In this document: piece after piece, positions 1-15,167 of the stretch
Layout of the letters: every line of letters begins with the position of its first letter
Numbering within the stretch: position 1 is the first letter of the stretch
DNA from: Eledone cirrhosa
Lineage: Eukaryota
Reading direction: 5' to 3'
DNA length: 64,000 bases
Assembly (NCBI GenBank): GCA_964016885.1
Contig: OZ024740.1
Span: 85,994,001-86,058,000, forward strand
Position numbers and translations under genes: made by a program
Notes under the pieces: generated by a model
What the model was told of the DNA's origin: nothing
Database searches by the model: none
The model's input: only the letters and a program-made list of their open reading frames with translations

Positions 1-612
1 CCATCTTTCAGCTTCACCATATGACGAGCCCAGCGCGTCTGGTTCATAATAATCCTCTTCTCAATACTCGTGTTGCCCGAATTTTCAAGTACAGCAGTAT
101 CAGGTGTGTAAGAAAACCCCTTGATATTCAGAATGCGTCGGGTACACAGCTGACGAAATCTTTCCAGCTGATTGGTTTGATGACGGTAAGTTGTCCACGA
201 TTCGCATCTGGGCTGTAAGAACACGCACCTCATAGACAGAGAGCTTTATGTCTCTCGTGATACTCTGTAGTCTTATGATTTATTTCAGCATCTACTTCCG
301 AATTACACAAAGCTGTCCACCACTTCAAGCCTCTCATTAAAATGTCTGTATCATCATCATACAAGAACTCTCTGACAAGAATGCCAAATATTTGGACTTA
401 TTGTTAAAATGTTTTAGATTAAATGCTTTGCCAGAGCTTTTAAATTGCAAATACCCACCGATTTTGAAGTCAGCAGCACAGCGAAGTAGTTGGAGAACAG
501 TGGGTACAGGTATGTCACCCTGCTTGAGACCGTTTTTCACAGGAATTGATTCTGTGTCCCAATGTAGTTCACCTTTACCTTCATATTTTGATGAAGCTTT
601 TTGAATATTCAA
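1..612 (-). pseudogene. Decayed RTE-like LINE reverse transcriptase fragment
   Basis: ORF 337..612 has NGLKQGDIPVP (QG motif) and GKAFNLKHF, followed out of frame by a YDDD-like motif; many frameshifts. Confidence 0.6.
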
Positions 613-944
613 ACAAATTAAGGGGGGAATCCAAGTTTATGCAACATGACCCACAATGCGTTTCGATTAACCGTATCGCCCCCCTCCACTAAGCTTGCTT
701 GGCGAGTAGGGTGATTTCGGACACCCATCGGATGACAAGCAAACCCTGACAAAGGCCAGACAGACTCATGAGAGTCAGCTGTCATCCAATAGTGTTTACA
801 TATGTGTATATTGTATGGGTTTGTAAATATGTATATGCAGGTATCAGTGAAATTGATAGCGCGCGTGAGTATATTCATATATAAAAGCAAAACAATTGAA
901 CTTTTAAACGTCTAAACAGATACATACATTCATTCATACATACA

Positions 945-1572
945 TATGATGGCTGCCGCCTCGTTATCGAGTATGACCATTGCACGATATACCATTATTA
1001 ATAATTATTAATTAATTCTATCGTGCAATGCCTGTGCGTGAAGATATTTTTTAAAGTGAGGAAAGACTGTGCTCTAAGCCAATCCCACTCTCTGAGCGAC
1101 AGTAGCTATAACCCGAAAAGAAGAAAAGATCAACATCATCGGTAACTACTGAGCCGCAGGTTTTATATCAGAGTTATCACAGTTTCCTGAGTTGCCTTCT
1201 CCTAGAAGAATGCCCTGACAAAGGATAGGGGTCCTTCACTCCCAGTGGTTTAACCGCGCGATCGCGTGTCCAACCCGACTATTTCTATGTCCCCGCGCAT
1301 ATACATACACATGTACCCATGTATATACACATATACATATACATACATATGTACATGTGTATATACATATTTATGCACTTTTGGATGGCCGTTGACTCTT
1401 ATGAGTTCTTCCGCCCTTTGTCAGGTTTTGTCTTTTGTCCTGTAGGGTGTCCAAAATCCCACTCCTCACCAAGTAAACTTGGTGGGGTTGCCGGTTTAGT
1501 CGCCGACGACTCGACCATGTGACAGGTTGTACTGGGTTACATGTTACCAGTAGCACTCAAGAGTGACCTGAC
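945..1572 (-). mobile_element. Non-autonomous retroelement with (TATG)n tail, interrupted copy; related fragment at 617-790
   Basis: The reverse complement matches 36431-37036 at both ends (gtcaggtcac...tgctactggtaacatg; ggcagccatcat-(atgt)n); flanked by (CATA)n. Confidence 0.65.
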
Positions 1573-1709
1573 ATACATACATACATACATATTTGCCGTT
1601 AGAGTAGATCACAAGAATACAAAAAAATGAACTGAGTTATAAAGGAATAGTTTTAGTCTGGACTCCGGGTTTTCGATAAGGAATTGAGTTTGTAACTTAT
1701 CACAACTTT

Positions 1710-1821
1710 GGAGGGCGGGGGTGTCGACATCCTCGGGTTGGATGCTGGTAACTGATCACTGATCTCTGATCTCGCTCAGGTGAAGGACAACAACTCGAGA
1801 TAGCAACGGAAGAAGAAGAAC
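1710..1821 (+). mobile_element. 5'-truncated LINE 3' end with (GAA)n tail
   Basis: 11-bp TSD ATCACAACTTT at 1699-1709 and 1822-1832; GAA tail. Confidence 0.7.
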
Positions 1822-4359
1822 ATCACAACTTTTGTTTTGTCTCTCTTGGTAAAGACCTCAACACTATTTGCCTGTCAATTTACTGTTTTTAAACGAATTG
1901 TAGAAGGTTGTCATCAATTTTCTTCCTTAATTACAAACATATCATGTGATAGAATGGAAACGATTTAGCCATTCGTTATTACCTTTTGTTTAAAAATAAA
2001 GGTTCGAAGCTCGAATCCAGTCCGGTACTAGGATTATATCCCGGATTAAGACACCTAACAACGACTGAAATGTAATGTATTGATATTTATATAATCATTT
2101 ATAATATTACCATGTCATAATCATTTATAATATTACATATGCCGATCAGAAGTTTTGGGAGTGGTGGAATTGTAGATGATTAAATCGTCACGAGTGTTTC
2201 ATTGGATTTATCGAGCACAAAAGGATGAAAGGTAAAATGAGAAACGGTGGTATTTGAACCAAGAATGAAAAGAGCCACAAATGAATAAATAGATCACAGG
2301 GTGAACTTTGAATCTAATGTCAATATTTTTCTTTTAAAAATAAATTCTATACTCTATATGTACTCATTCACTTATTGTTTGCTAGTTTTTATGCATGGTT
2401 ATGCATAAAAACAGAGCCGTTAGTAAAATAGATATATTTTAAAATGTTCATCTCTGAGGATGAGGTTAATAGACCGTATCATTATAATCTTATTAAGAAT
2501 AAATCATCGCATATATTTAGACATATAGATTAGAAACTTTAGAAATAGAAATTAAAAGATTAGTATTGTTTTTTTTTTAAATTATTTTAGAAAAAAATAA
2601 TAGTAAATTTAGTACCTGGGGGAATCATTCTTTGTTAATATTCCATAGAGAATCGATAGAATGCGAACTAGTAATATACTGGAAGAGATTAAAGTCTGAC
2701 ACTCCTTTCTCACTTTAGATAAACAAAATTACTTGTTCATATTTATTCAACAAATCATTATTTTGTTCGGTCGGTAATATAGATCTTCGATATTAGATCT
2801 CAATAATTGATTTCATTCATAGAACTGCTTCAATAAGTTAACTTATATCTATGAGAAATGTTTGGAATTTCCAACACTACATTCCCTATACAGTATAATA
2901 TTTGAAGTCTTGCTCGTGCTATGGACTCATCAGGCGAAATCTAATCCTAGTTTCATGTGGCGTCCATTGACTTTGTTTACAAGAATCACCAGTCCAGTCA
3001 AACGCATTGTTAGCTCTTTTCCCCCCAGTACAAATACACTAGTGTACCACATATGGTATATAGTGAATTGGAAAACATCAACTACCTGAGTATTATCCAG
3101 ACAAAATCTCCCTACAGAGGTTGCTTAAAACTGAAAACACGATAAAAATAATTCCCAAAAGACTAGTTCTTCCAAAATGTGGACAATATAGACAGTGCAG
3201 ATTTGAGGATCTAATTTTAAATGTAAAACAAACATGTTTCGGCTTTATTAGTTATCCTTAGCGAAGCATATTTTACTCAGTTGGAAAGACTAAGTATGAT
3301 CAATATACATAGAAACAGAGAAAATGTAGTGATGCTGATTATGAATATCAACAAATATACATCTGAAGTTTTATACCCAAGTGAGAAATTATAGATTATT
3401 TAAATGTTTTCTCCGAAACAGAGTACGTTATAAGTGATAGCTAACAAATCAATGCACTATTTGCATTGGAGTTCAGACGACATCAAACAGATACATCATA
3501 ATATGTGTATATATGTATAGCCATATGTAGATACATATTTATATATATATATACATACGTTCAGATTTATGTATGCATATACAGATGTATGCATGAATGC
3601 GTATGCGAATGTCTGTATTTATGTATCTGTGTGTGCGCTCTCTCTCTCTCTCGCCCTTTACATATATATATATATATATAAATATATAGTATGTAAATAG
3701 AAAGTAGTTATGGATACATATGTCTGGTTGTATGTATGTAATATATGTAGGTGCGTATGTATGTAGGCATGTATTATGCATGTATGTATGTTTGTATTTA
3801 TGTATGTATATGTGATTACAACCTGTCCTGTCCATAACTATAAACCGTGGTTATTGAGGATGGGTATTGGGGATAAAAGACTTCAAACTGTGAGAATAGT
3901 AACATAAAGATAGATAGACAGATAGATAGGTAGGTAGATAAGTAGAGAGAAAGAGAGAGAAACAGGCAGATAGATAGGTAGGTAGATAAATAGACAGAAA
4001 GAGAGAGAAACAGGCAGATAGAAGGGTAGGTAGATAAATAGAGAGAAAGAGAGAGAGAGAGAGAGAAGCACAACTATGAGAAAATGAAACTGGGAGATAG
4101 AGAGCAAGGTAAATAGAGAGGGAGGGAGGGAGTGGGAGAGGGAAAGACGGAGAGCAAATAAGAGAGAAAGAGCAATAGAGATTGAGAAAATATAGGAAAG
4201 GTTCATTCGTACAATCATGATGTGCTTTTAAGTATAAATATATTTAGGTTTCTCAAACCAACATTTATGATAAGACCTTGACGTCAGGATAATATAGTGT
4301 GATTCCTGTTTTATACCTCTAATTCAACTCTGAACAACCTGTCTTGTGTTATTGACTTG

Positions 4360-4392
<33 letters not shown>

Positions 4393-4790
4393 GGGCCATG
4401 TCAGCTCTGATCGAGCATACGTATTTAGTTGGTGTTATTGTTGCTGTTGTTTAGCCCAATGTCAGCTCTGATCAAGTAGACATGTTTTTGAAGTTGTTAC
4501 TCATGTTTAGCCTCATGTCAGCCTTGATCAGGCAGACCTATTTAGTTGTTGTTGTCGTTATTATTTTTGTTGTTTAGTGCCAAGTCTACCCTGGTTGAAC
4601 AGGCCTGTGTTGCTGTTGTCCTTGTTGTTTTTCTTGCTGTTGATTAGCGTCAAGTTAGTCCTGATCGAGCATACCTATTTAGTTGTTGTTGTGTAACACT
4701 ATCTCAGCCTTGATCGAACATACCTATGTTGTTGTTGCTATTATTTATTGTCATGTGGGGCCCAGATCGAGCATACGAATGATAACTGAT
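4360..4790. repeat. Minisatellite of ~55-60 bp units, (GTT)n-tagccccatgtcagccctgatcgagcagacctat-like
   Basis: About 7 diverged tandem copies are visible. Confidence 0.75.
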
Positions 4791-5000
4791 ATTTAGGTTG
4801 TGACAATTCTGTTTTCATGCTATTTGTAGGGGACACAGAACCCCATTATACAATTTGTGTAGACGGAAAGAGGACTGAGTAGCCAAGACGTTCGCTTCGC
4901 AATTATGATGTCTCGAGTTTGGTCACAATGTGTGACGTCTTGGACAAGTGGATTTACAGATGAATTTCAGTAAATAGCAGCCAAATTCCCTAACGTCTTA

Positions 5001-5305
5001 TACGAGGGTCGGCTATAAAGTTCACAGGCTGACCAAGATACTCTCATGGAATGACCAAATGAGGTTTATTTTTCAACATAGTTCTTCGAAAGAAACAAAG
5101 CAGATATTAATTGGAAAAGTTGAAATTAATTGTTTCTACTTTTGGCACAAGGCCAGCAATTACCCAGTACATTACTGGTACTTTATTTTATCGACCCCGT
5201 AAGGATGAAAGGCAAAGTTAAGTTGAAATTAATGTATGCAAGATTTCGCACTTCTAGCATCAATCCTTCATAGTTAGCCTACGAACCTTTCATCCGACCC
5301 TCGTA
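5001..5305. mobile_element. Tc1/mariner-type internally deleted element (MITE) carrying a nested SINE
   Basis: TIRs TACGAGGGTCGGCTATAAAGTTC / GAACCTTTCATCCGACCCTCGTA including the TA target duplication. Confidence 0.85.
5131..5219 (-). mobile_element. 5'-truncated tRNA-derived SINE (family A)
   Basis: Matches 20521-20706; 14-bp TSD AAGTTGAAATTAAT at 5117-5130 and 5220-5233. Confidence 0.85.
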
Positions 5306-5759
5306 GACACAGTTTCAAAGGTTTTGACTTTTAATGTTACACCTTCTCAACTGTTCACTCTAGTACTTGTACCATTATATTCCTAGCCATTATTGTGTGT
5401 AGCTCCAAATCAACTCTTGTTGGGCTAAACAATTACATACCTTTATATGATGTCTTCACCAACTTAACATCACACTACATATTGTGCCATGCACTACCTA
5501 TTGTATGGCGTGCAGTGTTACAGTTCCGACATGTGGCACTATATTCACTAACCAGCCTATTTCCACGTATAATTAGTATACAAAAATCCTTCTAGTGATA
5601 ATTAAAATCTAAAAACACCAAACAAGAGAGACGACTCTCGAGAGGGTAGTTGATCTCACATTTGAATAGAATCTAGTCTTTAAAGCCAATTGGTGAAAGC
5701 AACGGACATGTTCAATTATTAAACATCCTGATCTAAGCAAATACTACAAGACAGAGTGG

Positions 5760-5797
<38 letters not shown>

Positions 5798-6601
5798 TAG
5801 CTGTGATAATTATATTTGGGTTTTGATATCACGTTGATGATAGGAATATATATATTCATAACATTGCACAAAAGAACAAAGTAACTTAAGCGAGACAAGT
5901 AAAGATGGACTCAGACAAACACATGACCCTTTGTTGTTTGAGGCTTTAACAGGATTGCCACCCTCAAAGCGCAAATGGCCATGAAGATAGCTAGCAAGGA
6001 ATAATACAACAAACAGAGAACGATATGGATACGTAAAGAAGATAGATATCGAGGAAGGGAGATAAACAATGGATGTTAATGGATATTAATATCACGAAAG
6101 AGATGCAAATTGAATTGTTATGAATTAACTGCTCTTATCATTCGGCGAGTCCTCTGCTTCCCTCTCTGCTTTTCCCTGTCACCTCGTCATAGTTATTACC
6201 ACTTAAGTGTCCCTAACACTATACGACAACCCTTCATCTCTCTCTTTCTCTATTTCTCTTTTTCTCATCTTCTCTTCTTGCCTAGTCTGCCACTCATACA
6301 GACGCTCTTTCTGTTTTCCCTTCGCGCTGTCTTTCTACTTCTAATATTTTCTTTATCACTTACCACATCAATGACAAGACGTTTTTTCAATCCTCTGAGA
6401 CGAGAGTCTTATATGTCTATACGTATTCTTACGCGCACCTTATATGCTGTCTGTTATCCGTCTCAGTTAGAATACAAATATTTCTTGTTTAGCCTTCTTC
6501 CTGGTTGAAGGCTTGTACAAGAGCTGATCATAGTGAGGTGCTTGTTTCTGCCCATTTTCCCCGCCTTGCTTGATATTCTTCATCCTATGGTTCAATTAGA
6601 T

Positions 6602-7271
<670 letters not shown>

Positions 7272-7375
7272 CCAGTATTTCTGCAAAACGGCAACTGAAT
7301 ACGCACGTGCGTTTTTTCCGTTCTTTACTCTTCTCACTCTCTAACTTTCTATTTCATAGTTCCGTTCTCAATCTA

Positions 7376-7411
7376 TTTTCTGATGAACGACTAATGTACG
7401 AAACGTAAAGA
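7376..7411 (+). ncRNA. Degenerate minimal type I hammerhead ribozyme
   Basis: TTTT-CTGATGA-ACGAC TAAT GTAC-GAAAC-GTA-AAGA; same family as 48205, 49104 and 53134. Confidence 0.55.
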
Positions 7412-7506
7412 TTCTTTTCCTATTATATAAAGCGTTAAACTAATATGTTTCTTCATTGTACTGTGTCGTTTACTTTGCTATTTCTTTTTACTACTTGCGT
7501 ATATAT

Positions 7507-7585
<79 letters not shown>

Positions 7586-7594
<9 letters not shown>

Positions 7595-7768
7595 GATCCC
7601 GACGGCTGAGCTCCCGCCGTTTCGACAGCTAGATCCGAACTGTTCGAATCTAGCTGTCGGAGCTCAGTCGTCGGGGTTCTGACTCTTTTTCTATTACCCA
7701 CTCTACTACCCTATGTATCGAGTACTCTGGTGCGTTACGGTCCATCTGGTATCTTACCACACCTTCTT

Positions 7769-7769
<1 letters not shown>
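7586..7769. mobile_element. Short fold-back of a Penelope pLTR 3' end (3' half of an HHR)
   Basis: Arms ~7586-7640 / 7642-7686; same family as 28860-28993, 48862-49000 and 57826-58022. Confidence 0.75.
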
Positions 7770-7846
<77 letters not shown>

Positions 7847-8653
7847 GACACATACATACATATATATATATATATATGTGTGTGTGCGTGCGTGTGTGAG
7901 TGTGTGTGTATGTGTGTGTGTGCGTGTACGTGTGTGTGTGTGTATGTGTTATCATCGTGCACCTTTCTTGTTAAACGTGTTCCAGCTGCAACTATCTATT
8001 GCTTTCCAGGGTGATATATCTGTTTACAACGTCCAATGTTGCCACTGGTTTCTACATATATGTAGGCTGAAGCCGATTTCATGGTATATCTAGCATGTTG
8101 AACGCCTCCTCATTCGTTCAACATTTGTAGGCTAATGTCTGAAAAGAAAAATAAGTATGTGTATGTATGCGTTATATAAATATATATATATATATATAGT
8201 ATTTACGTATCGAGAAAGAGAGAAAAAAAGGAGGGATAGGTGATACATATAGTTATTTGCCAAGTAGCGTATGGCAAAGGTGCTCGATACTAGTGCCGGC
8301 AGTATTAAATATTCGAAGTGTTAATATTTAGTGGGCTAGAGAGTTAGCAGAGCGTAAGCACGTGGGAAAGTGAAAAATCGGAGAATAGACCGTTAAAACA
8401 TGTTTATTTAAAATATCACCTACGTACGTTTCGCCCAGTTGGGCTTCTCAAGGGCATAAACAATCACAAGTGTTCCTTATATAGTTCGGAAAGAGTTTTG
8501 GGGGTTAAATCCACATCAAGATTCATTGCTCGCAAAAATATCTTGTTTTGATTTTGCAGCAGGTCAAGGGAGGTAACTTTGGCCGGTGTTAGGGCAGTCT
8601 TTCCCGGATAATTTTTGGTATGCAGGGATTGTTTTCTGGGTGTTATTTTGCTG

Positions 8654-10910
8654 GGAAGGATATAGTCACCAGCTTAGAAATAGAAAAGTACACTAACCCG
8701 TACGTCCCTCTGACGCCTAAATTCTCTCATAAGGATCACAAATATGACTTTAATGAAAGCCTCTCTATTAGACTTATATGCCCCTCTACATCAGATATAG
8801 GTAAGATTAGTAAAGTGATCCTCGACAGAGTACTACTCGAGCTTAATAGAAAGGCTAAGGTCTGCCTCTGGGGCAACACCGACCAGGTCATAAATTGGTT
8901 CACCGAGTTGCCGGATAAAGCCACCCTGAAATTCATCCAGTTTGATATAGATAGCTACTACGCCTCTATCTCCCCCATACTCTTAAATAAGGCACTTATT
9001 TTAGCTAGATCTAACACTAGCCTCACCAAAAAAGAAATAGACATAATTCTAGCGGCACGTAGAACCATTATCCAGTTCGAAGGCTCCCACTGGACCAGAA
9101 CCAACCGTCCTGATAACTTCGATGTCACGATGGGGTCCAGCGACTCAGCGCAAGCAACTGACCTGGTTGGGATATACCTCCTACATAAGCTTAGGGAAGA
9201 AATACCGGCCCTACAAGGAGGTGTATATAGGGACGACGCCCTGTTTACCGTTAGGAACCATAGCCCCCGTAGGATAGAGAACCTTAACAAACATATACAC
9301 AGGTTCTTTAAGTCATACGGCCTATCCGTAACTATGGACCTCAACCACAGGGTTGTCAACTTCCTGGACGTGACCCTGGAGTTGAGTACGGGCTTATACA
9401 AGCCATACCATAAACCTGGAGAGTGCCTCTCTTATATTAATTATGCCTCCAACCACCCTAAGCAGACTCTCAACTCCATAGTCTATAGTATCTCACATAG
9501 AATCTCGAGGCTATCCGCCAATGAGGATATCTTCAACCAAGCGGCTGATTACTACAATAGGGCCCTGATAAGCGCCGGCTTTAACCGAGGAATTTCCTAC
9601 ATCCCTAACACTAGCTCTAGAACCCCCCCCCCCCCTCATAAAACTAACGTTATAGTAAGCCATACCTATAACCGATCACGCGGCGACCTCGTTAAAGTCG
9701 GATATAATAGAATAGATAACCGCACCAAAGATCACGTCCCCGGCGACGGTGAATACTGTAAATTACTCAAACTATTCCCCTATTACAAAACCAACAAAGG
9801 CGACGGCCTACTACCAACGCCTTCCAACCAACATCTTCGTGTACATAAACATGGAAGTGGTAGAAAGAGTGCACCCGAGCATAAAGTGAAAGGGGCACCG
9901 AACGGGCGACAGCGCATTAACACACATAAGAGCGATCACTTAGATGGAACCACCCGTAGCAAAAGTACAAGGACACGTAATCGCCACCGTAACGTCCTAT
10001 GGTTCCACCCCCCTACTCTCGAAGTGTGGCCTCCAACATACCCCGGATATTCTTCGAAGCCTTAGAGAAGAACTTCCCACCCAAGCATAGGTATAGACAA
10101 ATTCTTAATAGGAACAATATAAAAATATCCTTCTCTACTACTCCTAACCTAGCAGACATCATAGGAACAACGAACCACAGTAAGATCACCAAGACACAGC
10201 ACCTCGACGCAGACGCACCTACACCTGACAATAACTGTATCGGCCTTAACAACTCCCTGACAGCATCCAATAGTGTTGGCAACGGCATCCGCAGACGCAA
10301 CCAGAATGACCGCAAAATGACTGGGGAGCATGCAAAACATGGCGTGCGGAATAACAATCGCACCATCCCGCGTGCTGTGGGTTGTAATTGTGCTAACGAC
10401 AGCTGCGGTAGCGCAGCTAGCAACGTAGGCAGCAACAATGAAAACCTTATAGTGGGAAATAGACGGAACAGCGACAGAAATTGCAACTGCCGCGACAGAG
10501 GACGGTGCCCCCTTAGAGGATACTGCTTGACCGATAGGGTTATATATAGATTCACTATTACTAGCCACAATAGCGTTAAACATTATATAGGGGCCACCTC
10601 CGGCCCGTTCAAAATTAGGTTTCGAACACATCTCGACTCTTTCACAAATAGAAAACTAAGGCACTCCACCTCGCTCGCGGACTACATCACATCACTAAAG
10701 GACTTAAACATTAGCTTCTCCACGCACTGGGAGATTGTCGACAGGGTTGCACCGTACAACTTCAAGAGGAAATGCGATCTTTGCCTCATGGAGCTCTACC
10801 ACATCATAACTGCACCCCACGAGCTCATCAACAGCAGAGCTGAAACAGCGATAAGTTTTACACATCGCTTAAAAATATCCTTCTTTAGATGGGTTAAGAA
10901 TGAAGAGTGA
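8654..10910 (+). CDS. Penelope-like RT + Cys linker + GIY-YIG endonuclease, single frameshift at ~10010
   Basis: FDIDSYY, TMGS, GVYRDD, VNFLDV, SNHP in ORF 8620..10065; CNCRDRGRCPL, VIY...YIG, LINSRAE in ORF 9999..10910; adding one C in the C-run restores WFHPPYS. Confidence 0.9.
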
Positions 10911-11161
10911 AATAGCACACTGGATCTCCCTGCAACAAGTCTTAACACCCCGGCGGGCAGGCGCAGCAAAATAACACCCAGAAAACAATCCCTGCATACC
11001 AAAAATTATCCGGGAAAGACTGCCCTAACACCGGCCAAAGTTACCTCCCTTGACCTGCTGCAAAATCAAAACAAGATATTTTTGCGAGCAATGAATCTTG
11101 ATGTGGATTTAACCCCCAAAACTCTTTCCGAACTATATAAGGAACACTTGTGATTGTTTAT

Positions 11162-11200
11162 GCCCTTGAGAAGCCCAACTGGGCGAAACGTACGTAGGTG
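11162..11200 (+). ncRNA. Minimal hammerhead (U3-A8 core variant) in the pLTR; mirror copy at 8417-8456 (-)
   Basis: TTGAGAA-GCCC aact GGGC-GAAAC GTAC GTA; palindromic stem III ACGTACGT; stem I is weak. Confidence 0.75.
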
Positions 11201-11255
11201 ATATTTTAAATAAACATGTTTTAACGGTCTATTCTCCGATTTTTCACTTTCCCAC

Positions 11256-11318
<63 letters not shown>

Positions 11319-11354
11319 GCATATATATATATATATATATAACGCATACATACA

Positions 11355-11385
<31 letters not shown>

Positions 11386-11399
11386 CAGATATATAGATA

Positions 11400-11454
<55 letters not shown>

Positions 11455-11464
11455 AGATATATAG

Positions 11465-11498
<34 letters not shown>

Positions 11499-11513
11499 CG
11501 CATACATACATAC

Positions 11514-11566
<53 letters not shown>

Positions 11567-11568
11567 TA

Positions 11569-11600
<32 letters not shown>

Positions 11601-11633
11601 GATATGTGTATGTATATATATATTTATATATAT

Positions 11634-11670
<37 letters not shown>

Positions 11671-11680
11671 TATATAGATA

Positions 11681-11811
<131 letters not shown>

Positions 11812-12178
11812 GTGTGTGTGTGTGTACAATGAATATTCAGTAAAATCGTTAAATTGCTCTGTGCCGTCAGTTTTTCAAACAATCACATTTGCATCTACAT
11901 ATGCGGTAGTCATAGATTACAACATAATATCGAAATTTACTACTAAACTTGTGTATTTCTTTATTGCCGTTCTTTGTTTTTCTCATTCATATTGTCTTCC
12001 TACGTTTCGCTTATACTTGGTAGGGAGTTGTGTGGGGTAGTGCGCATATAAGTGTGAATATATATTTACATATGTATATAGCTATGTGTGTATGGTTGTG
12101 TAAGAGTGTATTGTATATATATATATATATGTATATATATACATATACACACACAAAATACATTCTTATATATATATA

Positions 12179-12257
<79 letters not shown>

Positions 12258-12288
12258 TTTGTATGTGTGTTGTGTATTTGTGTGAGAT

Positions 12289-12379
<91 letters not shown>

Positions 12380-13646
12380 TTAGAAACACACAGATACATG
12401 TGGACACACACATATACATGGATGTATCCGCACCCAACCGTGAGTTAAGGGTGCCAACTTCACCGATGTTGCTCAATGAATGACTGGGACAGACCAATCC
12501 GGTTGAACCAGACTGAACCAGTATCAGAGTTAAAAATACATTATGAAGAGAGAAGAAACATTTAGATATAATTAGTAACAAAATGTATCATACCTAAACT
12601 GCTCCTAGATTCCTCGACTACGTAGTTTATATATATATATATAAAGATTGCTCCTCGTATGCGCTCGCGAACACTACAAGACTTGTAGTCTTTTTCTTTG
12701 GTTTAATATCTAAATTAGGGAGAAATGCATTTAATTGCTAAAGAATTAATGAGACCATTTTCTTGTGTAGCTCTGGTGAGTATAATTGTCAGACTGATAA
12801 AGCAGTTCATATATCAGTGGGACTACTTTGACTACAAACCCATTTCACTTTGCGGTCACATTCTCTTATTGGAAAGGTTTGCGGATTAATTCCTGAATTG
12901 AAATCTGATGTGTTTAATGTCATCCAAATATGAGTTGCTGCATACGGAGGCATGCTATAGTGTAGATTCAATAAAATGAAATACTTGTCAGGTTCCCTCC
13001 TCCCACGATCATGTAACCTCTGTATATTCTGCTGTATCAAGACGAGGAGAAACGAGATGGTGTCATGTCCTTAGAGTTTCATAGTTTACCCAAAACCACT
13101 TGAGTCATACATAAGGTGTTTCCCAACTGCAAAAGAGCATTTCCCTTGAAGGGGAGACATCTGTGATTGACGTCATAGCAAAATTCCACGATTGTCCTAA
13201 CATTTATCACTGTTTAGGTGTATATACTTTAAACTAAATATCTGCAGTTGTAAAGTAGGTGCTGACATACTTGATATGGAAAGCCAAGACCTTTTAAATA
13301 ATTAAAGTAACACTTCTAGCAATAAAGAGAAATTATTACCACAACAATTAATTCTTGTTAAGATGGGCAGGAGAGAATACACTAGAAATTGAATTATATT
13401 TAATGATCTAGAAATAGAGAGCATTGGAGAGTGGGTTAGTTACACACAGACACACACACAGAAATACACACACTCAATCACTCCCCACACGCAAATACAT
13501 ACACACAAACTTACACACACAAATACATATATGCATATATACATTTTTAGTTACTTGAGTGAGATTTTCGTACCTCACAACTCACAAGAATGGGGCTTAG
13601 ATTGAGGGAAATTATATAATTTAATATCCATCTAATACTATTTATA

Positions 13647-13823
<177 letters not shown>

Positions 13824-13965
13824 AAACGAAGAATCAGTGATGTTGAGCACTCCATGCTCCGAAGGAGCATAAAGTGCTCAACCGGCATACAACCTATGGA
13901 CGCATCCAAGCAACCTTACTACAAATATATATATATAATAGTAAAAAATTTAGTGAAGGCGTGTG

Positions 13966-14075
13966 GCTGAGTGGTTAGAGTATTGGATTCACAATCGTGA
14001 GGTTGTGAGTTCGATTCCTGAACCAGGCGATGCGTTATGTCCTTGAGCAAGACACTTTATTTCACGTTGCTCCTT
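13966..14075 (+). mobile_element. tRNA-derived SINE (family B) head
   Basis: A box TGGCTGAGTGG, B box GTTCGATTCC, then gtccttgagcaagacact core. Confidence 0.75.
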
Positions 14076-14479
14076 CTACCTGGAGTTGCGACCGATAGAT
14101 AGTATTAGCAATTGGAAAGACCAACGGAAACATAGTTTCCTCGGTCCGATTTGACGAAAGTCGATCGACTAGATAGTAAAAAGAAGAAAAAAAATAGAAA
14201 AAGACAGTAGAAAATGCCAATGGGATTTTCTCATAGAATAACAGAAAAACATTTATCTATAGAGAAGAAATCTATCGTACTGGTTTCAGCCACGTGGGCA
14301 TCTTCATACTACGAAAGTGTATAATAATATTTATCATAGATTTGTATATTAATAAGAATATGGTATAAAGGAACATGGTTTACATACAGTATATAGTAGA
14401 GTTCGCATTTTTGTGTATCGTTTTCTCTTTTTATGGATTATAATTACAGCAATTGTAGGTGAGAGTAGCACAAGCGCGT

Positions 14480-14545
<66 letters not shown>

Positions 14546-14672
14546 ATGTTAAGGTATAATACATAGTTAATAATTATGAGAATCATGTTTCTCAATAAAC
14601 AATATATAAGTTCAATGGACCTTGGCTAAGAGCTTCAATAATTCTAATTTTATATATATTTATATATATATT

Positions 14673-14740
<68 letters not shown>

Positions 14741-14766
14741 CATACATACATATATATACATACACT

Positions 14767-14810
<44 letters not shown>

Positions 14811-14816
14811 TATATA

Positions 14817-14847
<31 letters not shown>

Positions 14848-15135
14848 TATATATATATAATATATATATAATATATCTATATATATAATATATATAATAT
14901 ATAATATATATATATATATAATATATATATATATAATATATATATATATATTATATATATATATAATATATATATATATATAATATATATATATAATATA
15001 TATATATATAATATATATATATATAATATATATATATATAATATATATATATATAATATATATATATATAATATATATATATATATAATATATATATATA
15101 ATATATAATATATATATATAATATATATAATATAT

Positions 15136-15167
<32 letters not shown>

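Larger units (their letters stand above)
8198..11257 (+). mobile_element. Penelope-like element (Neptune-type), 5'-truncated, with inverted pLTR
   Basis: 294-bp inverted repeats 8360-8653 / 10964-11257; RT + GIY-YIG ORFs; (TA)n on both sides. Confidence 0.93.

Noticed and set aside
2617-2712. Possible minus-strand exon with AG/GT borders
   Set aside because: The peptide is short and unrecognisable with no partner exons; compatible with chance
4360-4790. CRISPR-like repeat-spacer appearance
   Set aside because: Eukaryotic context; repeats are degenerate, spacers are (GTT)n and there are no cas genes
8620-8653. ATG start of the 481-aa RT ORF
   Set aside because: It lies inside the inverted pLTR arm; the real PLE coding sequence is 5'-truncated at ~8654
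9995-10065. Programmed -1 frameshift between RT and GIY-YIG
   Set aside because: PLEs have a single ORF, and the equivalent NPP motif is in frame in the copies at 20.2k and 55.1k; a homopolymer indel or sequencing error is simpler
13966-14030. tRNA gene
   Set aside because: A/B boxes continue into a SINE core, with no clean cloverleaf or terminator
14275-14320. HHR-like motif on the minus strand (also ~2915-2935 and ~53490-53525)
   Set aside because: Core or stems are too damaged to list as ribozymes, though they may be fossils
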